Positions 1 through 9,151 of a DNA stretch of 25,710 nt are shown here, piece by piece. Numbering within the stretch: the first letter of the stretch is position 1; each line of letters starts with the position of its first letter. Position numbers and translations under genes: made by a program. This DNA comes from a virus (taxonomy: Duplodnaviria; Caudoviricetes): positions 1-25,710 of IMG/VR virus record IMGVR_UViG_3300033513_000044; one strand, given 5' to 3'. Below the pieces are notes generated by a model. It was not told the origin of the DNA, ran no database searches, and was given only the letters and a program-made list of their open reading frames with translations.

Positions 1-543
1 GCTCTTAGCCTCCATACTGTAATTGCCGATGTCGGTATTCTGTCCGACCGTGAATCCGGCAGTGAAGACCGGCGTGCCGGTGAAGGTCTTTGTCCCGCCG
101 ACGCTCTGATCGCCGCTGGACAGGACCGCTTCCGTGGCCGCGACATTGAGTTTGCCGCCGCTGGTCAGTTGCTTGACCGCCCCGTTCTCGTCTTTCCAAA
201 ACAACTCCGTGACGCCGCTGACGGCCTTGGCGTAGACGGCCCCCTCGTCAGGGTCCAGAGTCGGGTCTGCCGCCAGAGCCCCCTGGAATGTCACCTTACG
301 ATGCTTGCCCGCGTCGGCGTCACTGACCTGGGTCCCCGTCAAGGGCCAATAGTGATCGACGTTCTGCCGCTCTTGCAGGGCCTCTTTCGCCTCGCGGATT
401 CGATCATCCAACGTGGCCGGGGGGTCGCTGCCCGGCGGGGTCGCTGTGTCGTACGTCGAGGACCATCCGGCCAGCAGTAGCGACAGGAACGCCACTTGAA
501 CGCACACCAGCAATAACTGCAAAACCATAACGCGCTTAGTCAT
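1..543 (-). CDS. Tail-fibre-like protein, 5' part (runs off the window), with predicted N-terminal signal peptide
   Basis: Absent from the ORF track because it has no stop in the window. ATG at 543 overlaps the adaptor stop (ATGA); frame open for 181 codons to base 1: MTKRVMVLQLLLVCVQVAFLSLLLAGWSSTYDTATPPGSDPPATLDDRIREAKEALQERQNVDHYW...GDQSVGGTKTFTGTPVF. The 'TP.GSD....DD.IR..K' segment and 'DQSVGGTKTF' resemble the N-terminal anchor and shaft motifs of podovirus tail fibres (recognised by eye). Confidence 0.8.
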   Translation of the reverse strand, partial: MTKRVMVLQLLLVCVQVAFLSLLLAGWSSTYDTATPPGSDPPATLDDRIREAKEALQERQNVDHYWPLTGTQVSDADAGKHRKVTFQGALAADPTLDPDEGAVYAKAVSGVTELFWKDENGAVKQLTSGGKLNVAATEAVLSSGDQSVGGTKTFTGTPVFTAGFTVGQNTDIGNYSMEAKS

Positions 544-1151
544 AGGGAAGTCTCCACAATGGCTGGATCGTGAGGCAGGGACAATGCCCGCTCCTGCTTT
601 TGCCCCAGATACCGGGTATTCCAGACCTGCCACGCCTGATAGTTGTTCAGCCCGTACTTGGCCGCCACTTCTGCCGTGACGCCGAATTTGATGCACCGGT
701 CCCACTCGGCGGGAAATTCGATGGGCTCCAGGGCCTCGGCGTGTCGGCGGTAGTACCATATCCGGGTTGTGTAGTTGCCGCCCGGCGGCGGGTACAGGTA
801 GATTTTGCCGCCAAAGGCCAACTTCGCCGCCGGGGTCGAACGCAGAGCATTGACGTTGCCGCTGCACAGGCGGCGATATTCCCGCCAGCCCCCGCGCAGC
901 GTCGGCAAGGGACTGCCCTCGTCGCTTTCGGCATCGACGCACACGCTGATTATCGCCCCCTGCACGTCCAGGCAATCGGATGGATAATCCAGGTACAGCG
1001 ACGTGGCGGTCAAGCCCTGCGTGTCGTCGTACCCCCGCAACACGAGCAAGTCGGCCAGATCGTCCAATACAAGACGCAGCTCCTCGTCAATATCCGTCTC
1101 GTGACGCCTCAGCCGCGAATTGACAAACGACAGAATGTCGCTTTTGGTCAT
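540..1151 (-). CDS. Head-tail adaptor / tail tubular protein A-like virion protein
   Basis: ATG at 1151 overlaps the upstream stop (ATGA); 203 aa (track starts 2 codons earlier at GTG 1157). N-terminal helix MTKSDILSFVNSRL, then KIYLYPPPGGNYTTRIWYYRR and IEFPAEWDRCIKFGVTAEVA, a pattern typical of podovirus adaptor proteins. No signal peptide. Confidence 0.7.
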   Translation of the reverse strand: MTKSDILSFVNSRLRRHETDIDEELRLVLDDLADLLVLRGYDDTQGLTATSLYLDYPSDCLDVQGAIISVCVDAESDEGSPLPTLRGGWREYRRLCSGNVNALRSTPAAKLAFGGKIYLYPPPGGNYTTRIWYYRRHAEALEPIEFPAEWDRCIKFGVTAEVAAKYGLNNYQAWQVWNTRYLGQKQERALSLPHDPAIVETSL

Positions 1152-3694
1152 TGCCACAATCCCCCTAATTTACGCAACAGCTCCCCATCCGCCGCCTGAA
1201 TTTCAAACAGCGAATCGGACGCCGGGACAGTCACCCAAGACCACAGCATTGTCGCCTGTTTGGTCGAGCCGTTGTACGTGTCGATGATGCCGGATTGCCC
1301 GGCCCCGGTGCCGCCGTAAATGACGACCCGGTTGCCGCGATAGATGTCGTTCGTCGCCGACGCGCCCGTATCCAGAGTGACCGTCGTGGCTGTGCCGCCC
1401 TGGGCCGTGTTCTTTCGCAGTGGCGTCCAGCCGCCGCCGGTGGACGACGGGGACAATTCGACCGCGTTGGTCGTGAATCGGTACGTCCCACCATCGGCCT
1501 CGACCATCGTATTGACTTTGTCCGTGGCCGTCTTGATGGTTTGCAGGTGCCCGCCCGACGCCGATGCCTTGGTGCCGTCGATGCCCAGAGCTTGGCGCAT
1601 CTGCTGCTTTTCGTTGTCCGTCCAGTCCAAAGTGGCGGGCACGGGCGCTTGCTCCAAGGCGTTGGTCGTGAGCCGATAGACTGAGCCGTCCAGTTCCAAA
1701 GCCGTGTTCATCTTGTCGATGACGGTATTGACATCCTGAATCAAGCCCCCGGCCCCGGCGGTCTTCGTGCCGGTGACACCCAGGGCCGAACGGATGTTTT
1801 CCTTCTCACCGGCCGTCCAGTCCGTGGCCGCCGCCGCCGCCGGGCTTTGCTCCAATGCGTTGGTCGTGTAGCGGTACACCGTACCGTCAAGCTCTAAGGC
1901 CGTGTTGAGCTTTTCTGTCACGGTGTTCACGTCCTGAATCAGGCCGCCCGCGCCTGCCGTCTTTGTTCCGGCGACGCCGAGAGCCGAACGGATGTTTTCC
2001 TTCTCGGCAGTTGTCCAGTCGGTTGCCGCTGCCGCCGCCGGGGATTGCTCCAGGGCATTGGTCGTGTAACGATACACTGCCCCGTCAAGCTCCATCGACG
2101 TGTCGAGCTTGTTCGTGGTGGTTTGCACGGTTTGCAACTGGCCGCCTGACGCCGTGGTCTTCGTCCCGGCGACGCCCAGGGCCGAACGGATATTCTCCTT
2201 CTCACCGGCCGTCCAGTCCGTAGCGCCCATCGGACCCAATTCGAGGGAGTTCGCCGTGAGTCGATAGACCGCCCCGTCAAGCTCCAGGGCCGTGTCCACC
2301 TTATCCGACACGGTTTTCATGGTTTGCAGTTGCCCGCCAGCCGCCGTGGTCTTATCGCCGGTGACGCCCAGAGCGTCACGAAGTTGCTGTTTCTCTGCCG
2401 TTGTCCAGTCCGTCGCCGCCGCTACGGCCGGGCTTTGCTCCAAAGCGTTGGCCGTGTAGCGATAGATAGAGCCGTCAAGCTCCAGCATATCGTTCACCTT
2501 GCCGGTGACGGTGTTCACGTCTTGGATCAAGCCCCCCGCCCCGGCCGTCTTTGTTCCGGCGACGCCGAGAGCATGGCGGATATTCTCCTTCTCACCGGCC
2601 GTCCAGTCCGTGGCCGCCGCCGCCGCCGGGCTTTGCTCCAGGGCATTGGTGGTATACCGGTAGACCGCACCATCCAGTTCCATCGACGTGTCGAGCTTGT
2701 CGGTCGTCACCTTGACCGCCTGCAACTGGCCATCCGCCGCCGTCGTTTTGTCGCCAGCGACGCCCAGGGCAGAGCGAATCTGCTGTCGCTCAGCAACCGT
2801 CCAGTCCACTGCGCCGGACGGGGCCGGGGATTGCTCCAAAGCGTTGGTCGTGAACCGCCAGACCCCGCCATCGGCCTCCATTGCCGTGGCAACCTTGTCC
2901 GCCGTGGTCTTGATGCTCGCAATGTCTGCCAGCCGGGCGCTGTTCGGTTCGTTCACCCATACCTTGTCGGCGATAGCGTCTTTCTTGGCGTCGATAGCCT
3001 GCTCGGCCTCGGCCTGCACGTCATTGATCGTCGCGACGCCAGCCGCTTTGGAGATTGCGACCGTGCGGTTATTCCATACGCCGTTGGGCTCGTTGAACGC
3101 CGTGGCATAGTCCGTGTAGAACACGTTCGAGAAGTTCGCCAGGGTTTGTGCGGAGCCATTCCACGCCCTCACGTCGCTGTTGACCGCACCGGCCGCGATG
3201 GACAACTCCCCGGCCCCAGTCCCATTCTTGACCGTGACTTTCGGATAGCCTGCCGTATCCGGGGTCGCGACGTTGGCGCTAGCCCACTGGGTGACGTTCG
3301 CCGGGATCGCGCCGGAGCCGCACATACTCTCGTAGGCGACGGCCGAGAGCACCACGTACTCTTGCGGCACGCACACGGCGTTGGGGTCGTACCACTTCAC
3401 CGTCAGGATGCCCCCCGTGCCGCTGTCGGTCGCATCGAAGGGGACGTTGTAGTAGCCGTCCTTATCGTAGGTCAGTGCCCCGGCAGAGGTTTTGACGGTG
3501 AAGGCCCCGCCATTTTTGGATAGTTCGATATGGTTGGCGTGCAGGGTCAGTCCCGCCTCTGGCGTCACACCATCGGTCTTGTCGTACATGGGACCGAATT
3601 TGAGTGTCCCGGATGCCCCTTGCTTGATGAAGCCCGACAACCCGTAGGCGGGCAGGGACAAAGTCAGCAGCAACAGCAGTGTAGCGCGTTTCAT
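1148..3694 (-). CDS. 848-aa putative virion fibre/stalk protein with signal peptide and tandem ~66-aa repeats
   Basis: GGAG RBS; ATG 3 nt after the upstream stop. MKRATLLLLLTLSLPAYG signal-like leader; N-terminal beta domain (KQGASGTLKFGPMYDKTDGVTPEAGLTL...LSKNGGAF...DGYY); 7 full repeats plus 1 partial; C-terminal TAQGGTATTVTLDTGASATNDIYRG...GGTGAGQSGIIDTYNGSTKQAT module of a kind I recall from uncultured phage structural proteins. Confidence 0.75.
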   Translation of the reverse strand: MKRATLLLLLTLSLPAYGLSGFIKQGASGTLKFGPMYDKTDGVTPEAGLTLHANHIELSKNGGAFTVKTSAGALTYDKDGYYNVPFDATDSGTGGILTVKWYDPNAVCVPQEYVVLSAVAYESMCGSGAIPANVTQWASANVATPDTAGYPKVTVKNGTGAGELSIAAGAVNSDVRAWNGSAQTLANFSNVFYTDYATAFNEPNGVWNNRTVAISKAAGVATINDVQAEAEQAIDAKKDAIADKVWVNEPNSARLADIASIKTTADKVATAMEADGGVWRFTTNALEQSPAPSGAVDWTVAERQQIRSALGVAGDKTTAADGQLQAVKVTTDKLDTSMELDGAVYRYTTNALEQSPAAAAATDWTAGEKENIRHALGVAGTKTAGAGGLIQDVNTVTGKVNDMLELDGSIYRYTANALEQSPAVAAATDWTTAEKQQLRDALGVTGDKTTAAGGQLQTMKTVSDKVDTALELDGAVYRLTANSLELGPMGATDWTAGEKENIRSALGVAGTKTTASGGQLQTVQTTTNKLDTSMELDGAVYRYTTNALEQSPAAAAATDWTTAEKENIRSALGVAGTKTAGAGGLIQDVNTVTEKLNTALELDGTVYRYTTNALEQSPAAAAATDWTAGEKENIRSALGVTGTKTAGAGGLIQDVNTVIDKMNTALELDGSVYRLTTNALEQAPVPATLDWTDNEKQQMRQALGIDGTKASASGGHLQTIKTATDKVNTMVEADGGTYRFTTNAVELSPSSTGGGWTPLRKNTAQGGTATTVTLDTGASATNDIYRGNRVVIYGGTGAGQSGIIDTYNGSTKQATMLWSWVTVPASDSLFEIQAADGELLRKLGGLWQ
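1449..2881 (-). repeat. Intragenic tandem repeat, ~198 nt / 64-66 aa unit, 7 full copies plus 1 partial
   Basis: Consensus LELDGAVYRYTTNALEQSPAAAAATDWTAGEKENIRSALGVAGTKTAGAGGLIQDVNTVTxKxxTx is directly visible. Near-identical DNA such as ccttctcaccggccgtccagtccgt occurs at ~1801, ~2197 and ~2587. Confidence 0.95.
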
Positions 3695-3697
3695 GGG

Positions 3698-6600
3698 TTA
3701 TCTCCGTTGGCGATAGTGGTGCATTAAAATGGGGGTGACGGCCGCGCCGCCAGCGCCGCCGCCGAGGGACAGATTCTCCAAATACCAGTTCGACCGCGAC
3801 CCTGCCGAGCCGTCCGAGCGCCCGGACCAGGGCACCATGTAGCGATAGGCCGGGGTCGTCGTCGCCGTCACGGCCAGCGCCGCGACGAGGGTCTGCTCAT
3901 AGCCCCCCGTCCAGATGTGCAGTTGCCAACCCGTGCCGTTGGTGCGCTTCAACTCCATGTAGTACAGGGTAGCCATCGTCAGCAAGTTCGTGCTGTCACT
4001 GGCCTCCTGCGTCATGCCGTCATAGACGCGAAGTACAGCGCCGGTTGTCGTGTAATCGACCCACACACTGTGACTTGTCGGTGAGCCCGTGACTGTGTTG
4101 AAGCAGCCGACTTCGTCGGCCATGCCCGTATAGCCGTGCTGCCCGGCCGTCCACGTCCCGCCCGGATTGCCGTACCATGCCCATCGCAGGGTCAAGTCGG
4201 CTCCAAAGTGCCATTGGCCGAAATCCTTCCACAGGACCGTGCCGTTGTCATTGTCGCACGAGCCGGTGACGCGGGTGCTCGTGACAGTCATCGTGGAGTC
4301 CAGGTCATAGCTTTCCGTGTAGGTCAGCAGGTCCTCGTACTGCGTTGTCGGGGGGCAGACGTACGCCCCCAGCTCCCAAGCTGCCCCGTAGGCGTCCTGA
4401 TCCAGTGTCGCGACACCGGACGGCCAACTCGACAAGCTCGACAGGCCCACGTCGAACGGAGATCCCAGTGTCACACCCGCGTTGACGAACGGCGAATCAC
4501 TCAGCAGAGAGTAATCGTTGGTGACGGTGTCGGCGAATCGCGGTGTGGCCGTCGAAAGGGAATAGGTCCCGTAGGTCTCCGTCTGTTGACCGGCGGCGAA
4601 GCCGTTGTAGGAGACCGTCGCCACGCCGGTGATAATCTGCTGGGTCGGGGTATCGTCCAACACGGCGTATCCGGCATCCTGCCAGAGGATATTGTTCGTG
4701 ACAAGTAGCGGCGAAGCGGCATTGTTGGCGACGGTTGCGGCGAAGCGGATCGCGGCCGTAGGGCAAGAAGCCACGGTATTGTTGAACACGCGGATTTCCG
4801 TCAGATCGGCCGTCACGCTTGCCCCGGTAGAAAAGTGAATCCCGCTCGAACAGTCGCGAATCACGTTGCCCCACAGGCGGATGCCCGTAGTAGGCCACGC
4901 GTCCTGCTCGATGACCAGTGACACTCCATCGACCACGTCCTTTTTCGGAGCGGCATTGCCGCCGTAGATGAGGTTCTGGTACACGTCCGTCTGTGTCGCC
5001 CCGTCCAGGTGGATTTGCCCGGCGACGCCGGGCTGGCCGTTGTCGTGACATAGGTTCTGATAGATGAGCCCGTTGGTCGATCCGTACTTGGCATTGATCC
5101 CGGCAAGGAAGTTGTCGTGGACATTGTTGCAGCGAAGGGTGAAGCCCGACACGTTCTGCATCGTCACGGCCTCGTGACCGGTATCGGATTCGAGATAGCC
5201 GGTATTGTTGTAGGCCACTTGGCAATCCGCGATGGTGACATTGGAGACGAGAGGCTCCGTGGCCGGGCCGACGATCCCGGAATCCTTGCTCCAGGTGACG
5301 GCGCAGCCGGTGACGGTGACGTTCGCCGCCTGTGTGCCGCCGGTGCTTTTGAGGCAGATGCCGCGACCATAGGACTGTGTCACGTCGATATTCTCGATGT
5401 CCACCCAGGGACTGGTCACTTGCAGCAGGCCCGTCACGCGGCTGTTCGGATAGAGCGACGCCTCCACGCCGGGTGCCGTGAACGCCGTGGCCGGATTCGA
5501 GGCGCTGTACACGTAGAGCAATCCGGCAGACCAATACCATTCATACATGGCGTCGATTGTGCCCACCGACGTTTCCAGCGTGCCCCGCGCAGCATTGAAG
5601 AACATCTGCGTCGGCTCCGTCGCCAGGGACGCTTTCCACACGCTTGTCGCGTCGCCGAGAAACTCTTCGATGGTGCCGGGCGCGGTCGTGAAATCCTCGA
5701 TGCCGCCGCCCTCGCCGAAATCCAGATTGTTCGTGTAGCCGGTGTGGGTGTAGCCAGCGCCATTGTTGTAGCTGGCGACGGCGTAGGCGTACCGGAAATC
5801 GTTCTGCTCCCCGACGCCGCAATCCAGCGTGCCTTCGTGGACGTGTACCCCGTTGGGGTGATAGTCCCCGGTGTGGACGTGCCAGGTATACCGGCCGGTG
5901 GCGTTGACTCCTGCGTCGTCGTCGCGACTGACCGTGACATAGTAGACGGTGTCCAGACTGAGCGTGAAAACGCCATCGGTTGCCGCAACGCCGTCTTCGC
6001 ACTTACGAAGTCGCATTTCCGTCCCAGCCCCGTACAGGTACACGCCGATATAGTCGTCCTCTTCCTGCGCTGTGCCCTCCAGGAGATAGGGGGTATTGAT
6101 TTCGTTCATTAGGACCCAGCAGTAGGCCCACGCGCTGCCCGATCCGTCGTCGGCCATCGTGCGAAACTTGTGGACGAAGTCCCCTGCGAAGTGCCCAGCT
6201 CCCATGTCCCGCACGACGTGGGCCGTCGCCTGTTTCGTGAGCGCCGTCCAACTGACCTGATTCGTTGCGACCGTGATCGTGCTTTGTGGGTCCGTCTCCG
6301 TCCACAGGGCCGCCCCGCCGCCCAAATCGACGTTCTGCACGAAGCCGCTGCATGTATTGCCGTAGGTATCGTTCTTAGCGGCAATGGCGTAGAGGTACTG
6401 GAAATCGTTCTGCTCCCCGGCGGCGCAGTCTTTGGTCAATGTAGCTACATGCGTACCGGCCGGGTGATAGTCGCCGGTGTGAATCTCGACCACGACTTGG
6501 CCGGTGGCGTTGGCCCCGGCGTCGTCGTCACGCGTGACCGTCACACAGTACAGCGTATCGGCCGCCAGGGTCACGTTTGCCGGACCTGTCATGGAGCCGT

Positions 6601-9151
6601 CTTCGATGAAGTACAGGCCCACTTGGTACGTCCCGGCGCTATTGAGGTACAGCAGCAGCATGGCATCGTTGGTTTCCAGGGCCGTCAGGTGATCGCTGTA
6701 GCTGTCCACGAAGTTCGCCAGCATCCACGGCACGGCCCGGGCGCTGGCCGTTGCCCCGGCCGCGAATTGGACTTCAAACTTCTGCGTGAAGTCGCCGTTG
6801 AACGTGTCGGTCTTGTAGAACCATGTATCCGTCGCGCGGGTCAAGTTGGTCCACGTCACTTGGTGACTGGTGACGGCCAGTACCCCGGTGGGGTCCGTCT
6901 CCGTCCAGTCACTACCGGTGCCGCCTTCCTGGGTCCAGCCGCTCGACAACAGCGCCGTGCCCTTCAACAGGGGATTGCCCCCAGAGCCATAGGCCCCGAT
7001 CTTGATGTGACTGGCCTGGGAACCGGAAGAGGTGACAAGCAAGGGCTCGCGCCACGTATCGCCCCGCTGCAACAGGACCGTCGAACCGGCCGCCAAGCCG
7101 GGAATGTCACTGAGTTGGTTCCACGCCGTGGAGGGACTGATGCCATTGCCGCCCTCGGCGGCCTGGGCGTCCACGTAGTAGGTGCCCGCCCCCGTCGCGA
7201 CCACATTGGCCGTGACGCTCTTGCTGGCGTTCATCGTGATATTCTTGGGATTCTCACTGCCGGTCAAGTCCCCGGTCCATTCACTGAACACGTACCCGCT
7301 GTCGGCTACCGCCGTGAGCGTGACCACTTCGTTCTGCCCGTAGAGGCTCTTGTCCGGATTCTTCGTCACGGTGACGTGCGAACCGCCCACGGTCAGTGCC
7401 CAGCCCGCGAAGGACGTGTACTCTTTGGCCCCGATATCGGGCTTGGAGCCGGAATAGGCCAGGGCAACCCCCTGCCCGCTTGTCCAGGTCAATGCCGCGT
7501 CCAACGTCAGGGTGTGCGTGGTATAGTTCACCACTGTCACGTGCGCTGTGGCCGTCTGACCCTGCAACTGGATCGTGTCACCGGTGACTATCCCGTAGCC
7601 GTCGCAAAAGTAGCGGCTGTCGGCCACGACCATCGACGTACCGGACCCGGCCCCGTTGGTGGTCGTCAGGAATTGCCCGGCGTCGATGCACGGACTTGTC
7701 GGCTGGAGGGTGAAGTCATAGAGGGTATGGACCCCGGCCGGATTCACCGGCAGATTCACCAGCAAGGGATTGGCGTTGAAGCTGGCCGTGTCACAGCCCA
7801 ACGCGAGGATCGGACTGGCCAACTGCCCCGGCCAGTTTGCCCACGTCTCCGTGTGCCAATTGTTCGTTCCAATGAAGTGGACCAGCAGTGCCCCGCCCGC
7901 CGGGAAATACAGGTTCCCTTGAATCGTCAGGTCCGGTGCCGTCTGCGCGATCGCGACATCGGCGCTGCTGTGGCCGCCGAGGATGTTGTTCTTCAAGTTG
8001 ACGTTGGTTCGCCCGCCCCAGCCCTCCAGGCCCGCGAAGGTTGGCCGGTACGTGGAGACCCAGGAGCTGCTGGAGCCGGTGTAGTCGCGATTGTTGTACA
8101 CGACGGTATTGTTGTAGACCTGATAGCCGTTCTCACAGTGAATGCCGCCCTGGTTGTCGTACAGGATGTTGCCACGGACAATCACGTCACGACTGCCCTC
8201 GTCGCTGCCGTGCATGATCGTGCCAGCGCCCGGGAAGCGGTCAAAGCCGTTGCCCGGTCCCTCGTTGTCGGCCGTGCAACCGTAAATGATATTGCCCTCG
8301 ATCAGCATGGGACCGCCGCCTTTCAGGTCAATCCCATTCTCGGCGCAGTAGCGAATCACATTGTTGCGAATCACGACCTTTTGATTGCTGTCGTAGTCGG
8401 TCTCTTCCGGCGGCAGGTTGTAGTTGCCCTCGAATTGGATGCCGTCTTCCTGATAGGTGTAGTCGATGAAGTTGTTCTCGACCAGCCCATAGTGCGCACC
8501 GTAGCCCTGGGCGCTGAAGTCGATCGCGCTATTGAGGGTATTCGTGACTGTGTTGCCCCGAATCACGGTGTACGTCGCCCCCAGGGCGACATTGATGCCG
8601 AGCACCGGCCAACCGGTGACTGTGTTGTTTTCGATGGTCGTGTAGTCGCCGTAGGAGACCTGAATCCCGAATTCGTCGCCGCCGTCATATGTCCCTGTCC
8701 CCTGGCAGATGATGGTGCAGTTGCGGATCGTGTTGTGATCGTAGGAGTCCCCATAGATGAGCACGATGCGAGGATCGGCGACGCTGGCGGGATTGACGTG
8801 CTTCAAGGTCAGACCGTCCAGGGTGATGTAGGACGCCTGCAAATAGGCGACGGCGATTTGGCCGCTGACACCACGGACGGTGACGACGTCGCTACTGTAG
8901 TTGCGATAGGTGATGGGACTGCCCGCCGTGCCGGAATTGGTGGGATTGATGATCTGGTTGTACGTGCCCGCCCGGATGTATACCGTGTCCCCGGCAACCA
9001 GGGTCGTGTTGGCCTTATTGATCGTGGCCCAGGCCGTCGAGAGACTCAGGCCGGAATAACTGTCACTGCCCGTGGCCGCGTCGATGTAGTACGTCGTCGC
9101 CGCCGCCGGGAGTGTCACAGACAGAACCAAAATGGAGGTGAGAAATCTCAT
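3698..9151 (-). CDS. ~1817-aa multi-domain protein: signal peptide, two right-handed parallel beta-helix (pectin-lyase-like) modules, InlB-B/Flg_new-like repeat, three lectin-like domains; putative glycan depolymerase/adhesin
   Basis: ATG at 9151 overlaps the upstream stop (ATGA; track starts 6 codons earlier). MRFLTSILVLSVTLPAAA|TTYYIDAATGSDSYSGLSLSTAWATINKA...AGDTVYIRAGTY is a typical start of secreted beta-helix proteins; many I.NN.I coils; SPCIDAG...PDIGAKEY end motif; VTLTAVADSGYVFSEWTGDLTGSENP repeat; second YYVD...GDTWRE module. Confidence 0.8.
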   Translation of the reverse strand: MRFLTSILVLSVTLPAAATTYYIDAATGSDSYSGLSLSTAWATINKANTTLVAGDTVYIRAGTYNQIINPTNSGTAGSPITYRNYSSDVVTVRGVSGQIAVAYLQASYITLDGLTLKHVNPASVADPRIVLIYGDSYDHNTIRNCTIICQGTGTYDGGDEFGIQVSYGDYTTIENNTVTGWPVLGINVALGATYTVIRGNTVTNTLNSAIDFSAQGYGAHYGLVENNFIDYTYQEDGIQFEGNYNLPPEETDYDSNQKVVIRNNVIRYCAENGIDLKGGGPMLIEGNIIYGCTADNEGPGNGFDRFPGAGTIMHGSDEGSRDVIVRGNILYDNQGGIHCENGYQVYNNTVVYNNRDYTGSSSSWVSTYRPTFAGLEGWGGRTNVNLKNNILGGHSSADVAIAQTAPDLTIQGNLYFPAGGALLVHFIGTNNWHTETWANWPGQLASPILALGCDTASFNANPLLVNLPVNPAGVHTLYDFTLQPTSPCIDAGQFLTTTNGAGSGTSMVVADSRYFCDGYGIVTGDTIQLQGQTATAHVTVVNYTTHTLTLDAALTWTSGQGVALAYSGSKPDIGAKEYTSFAGWALTVGGSHVTVTKNPDKSLYGQNEVVTLTAVADSGYVFSEWTGDLTGSENPKNITMNASKSVTANVVATGAGTYYVDAQAAEGGNGISPSTAWNQLSDIPGLAAGSTVLLQRGDTWREPLLVTSSGSQASHIKIGAYGSGGNPLLKGTALLSSGWTQEGGTGSDWTETDPTGVLAVTSHQVTWTNLTRATDTWFYKTDTFNGDFTQKFEVQFAAGATASARAVPWMLANFVDSYSDHLTALETNDAMLLLYLNSAGTYQVGLYFIEDGSMTGPANVTLAADTLYCVTVTRDDDAGANATGQVVVEIHTGDYHPAGTHVATLTKDCAAGEQNDFQYLYAIAAKNDTYGNTCSGFVQNVDLGGGAALWTETDPQSTITVATNQVSWTALTKQATAHVVRDMGAGHFAGDFVHKFRTMADDGSGSAWAYCWVLMNEINTPYLLEGTAQEEDDYIGVYLYGAGTEMRLRKCEDGVAATDGVFTLSLDTVYYVTVSRDDDAGVNATGRYTWHVHTGDYHPNGVHVHEGTLDCGVGEQNDFRYAYAVASYNNGAGYTHTGYTNNLDFGEGGGIEDFTTAPGTIEEFLGDATSVWKASLATEPTQMFFNAARGTLETSVGTIDAMYEWYWSAGLLYVYSASNPATAFTAPGVEASLYPNSRVTGLLQVTSPWVDIENIDVTQSYGRGICLKSTGGTQAANVTVTGCAVTWSKDSGIVGPATEPLVSNVTIADCQVAYNNTGYLESDTGHEAVTMQNVSGFTLRCNNVHDNFLAGINAKYGSTNGLIYQNLCHDNGQPGVAGQIHLDGATQTDVYQNLIYGGNAAPKKDVVDGVSLVIEQDAWPTTGIRLWGNVIRDCSSGIHFSTGASVTADLTEIRVFNNTVASCPTAAIRFAATVANNAASPLLVTNNILWQDAGYAVLDDTPTQQIITGVATVSYNGFAAGQQTETYGTYSLSTATPRFADTVTNDYSLLSDSPFVNAGVTLGSPFDVGLSSLSSWPSGVATLDQDAYGAAWELGAYVCPPTTQYEDLLTYTESYDLDSTMTVTSTRVTGSCDNDNGTVLWKDFGQWHFGADLTLRWAWYGNPGGTWTAGQHGYTGMADEVGCFNTVTGSPTSHSVWVDYTTTGAVLRVYDGMTQEASDSTNLLTMATLYYMELKRTNGTGWQLHIWTGGYEQTLVAALAVTATTTPAYRYMVPWSGRSDGSAGSRSNWYLENLSLGGGAGGAAVTPILMHHYRQRR

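Noticed and set aside
1449-2881. Near-identical repeats (also 5690-6910 versus 12064-12675) as diversity-generating retroelement TR/VR pairs
   Set aside because: All copies are in-frame coding, differences are not confined to adenines, and no reverse transcriptase is in the window.
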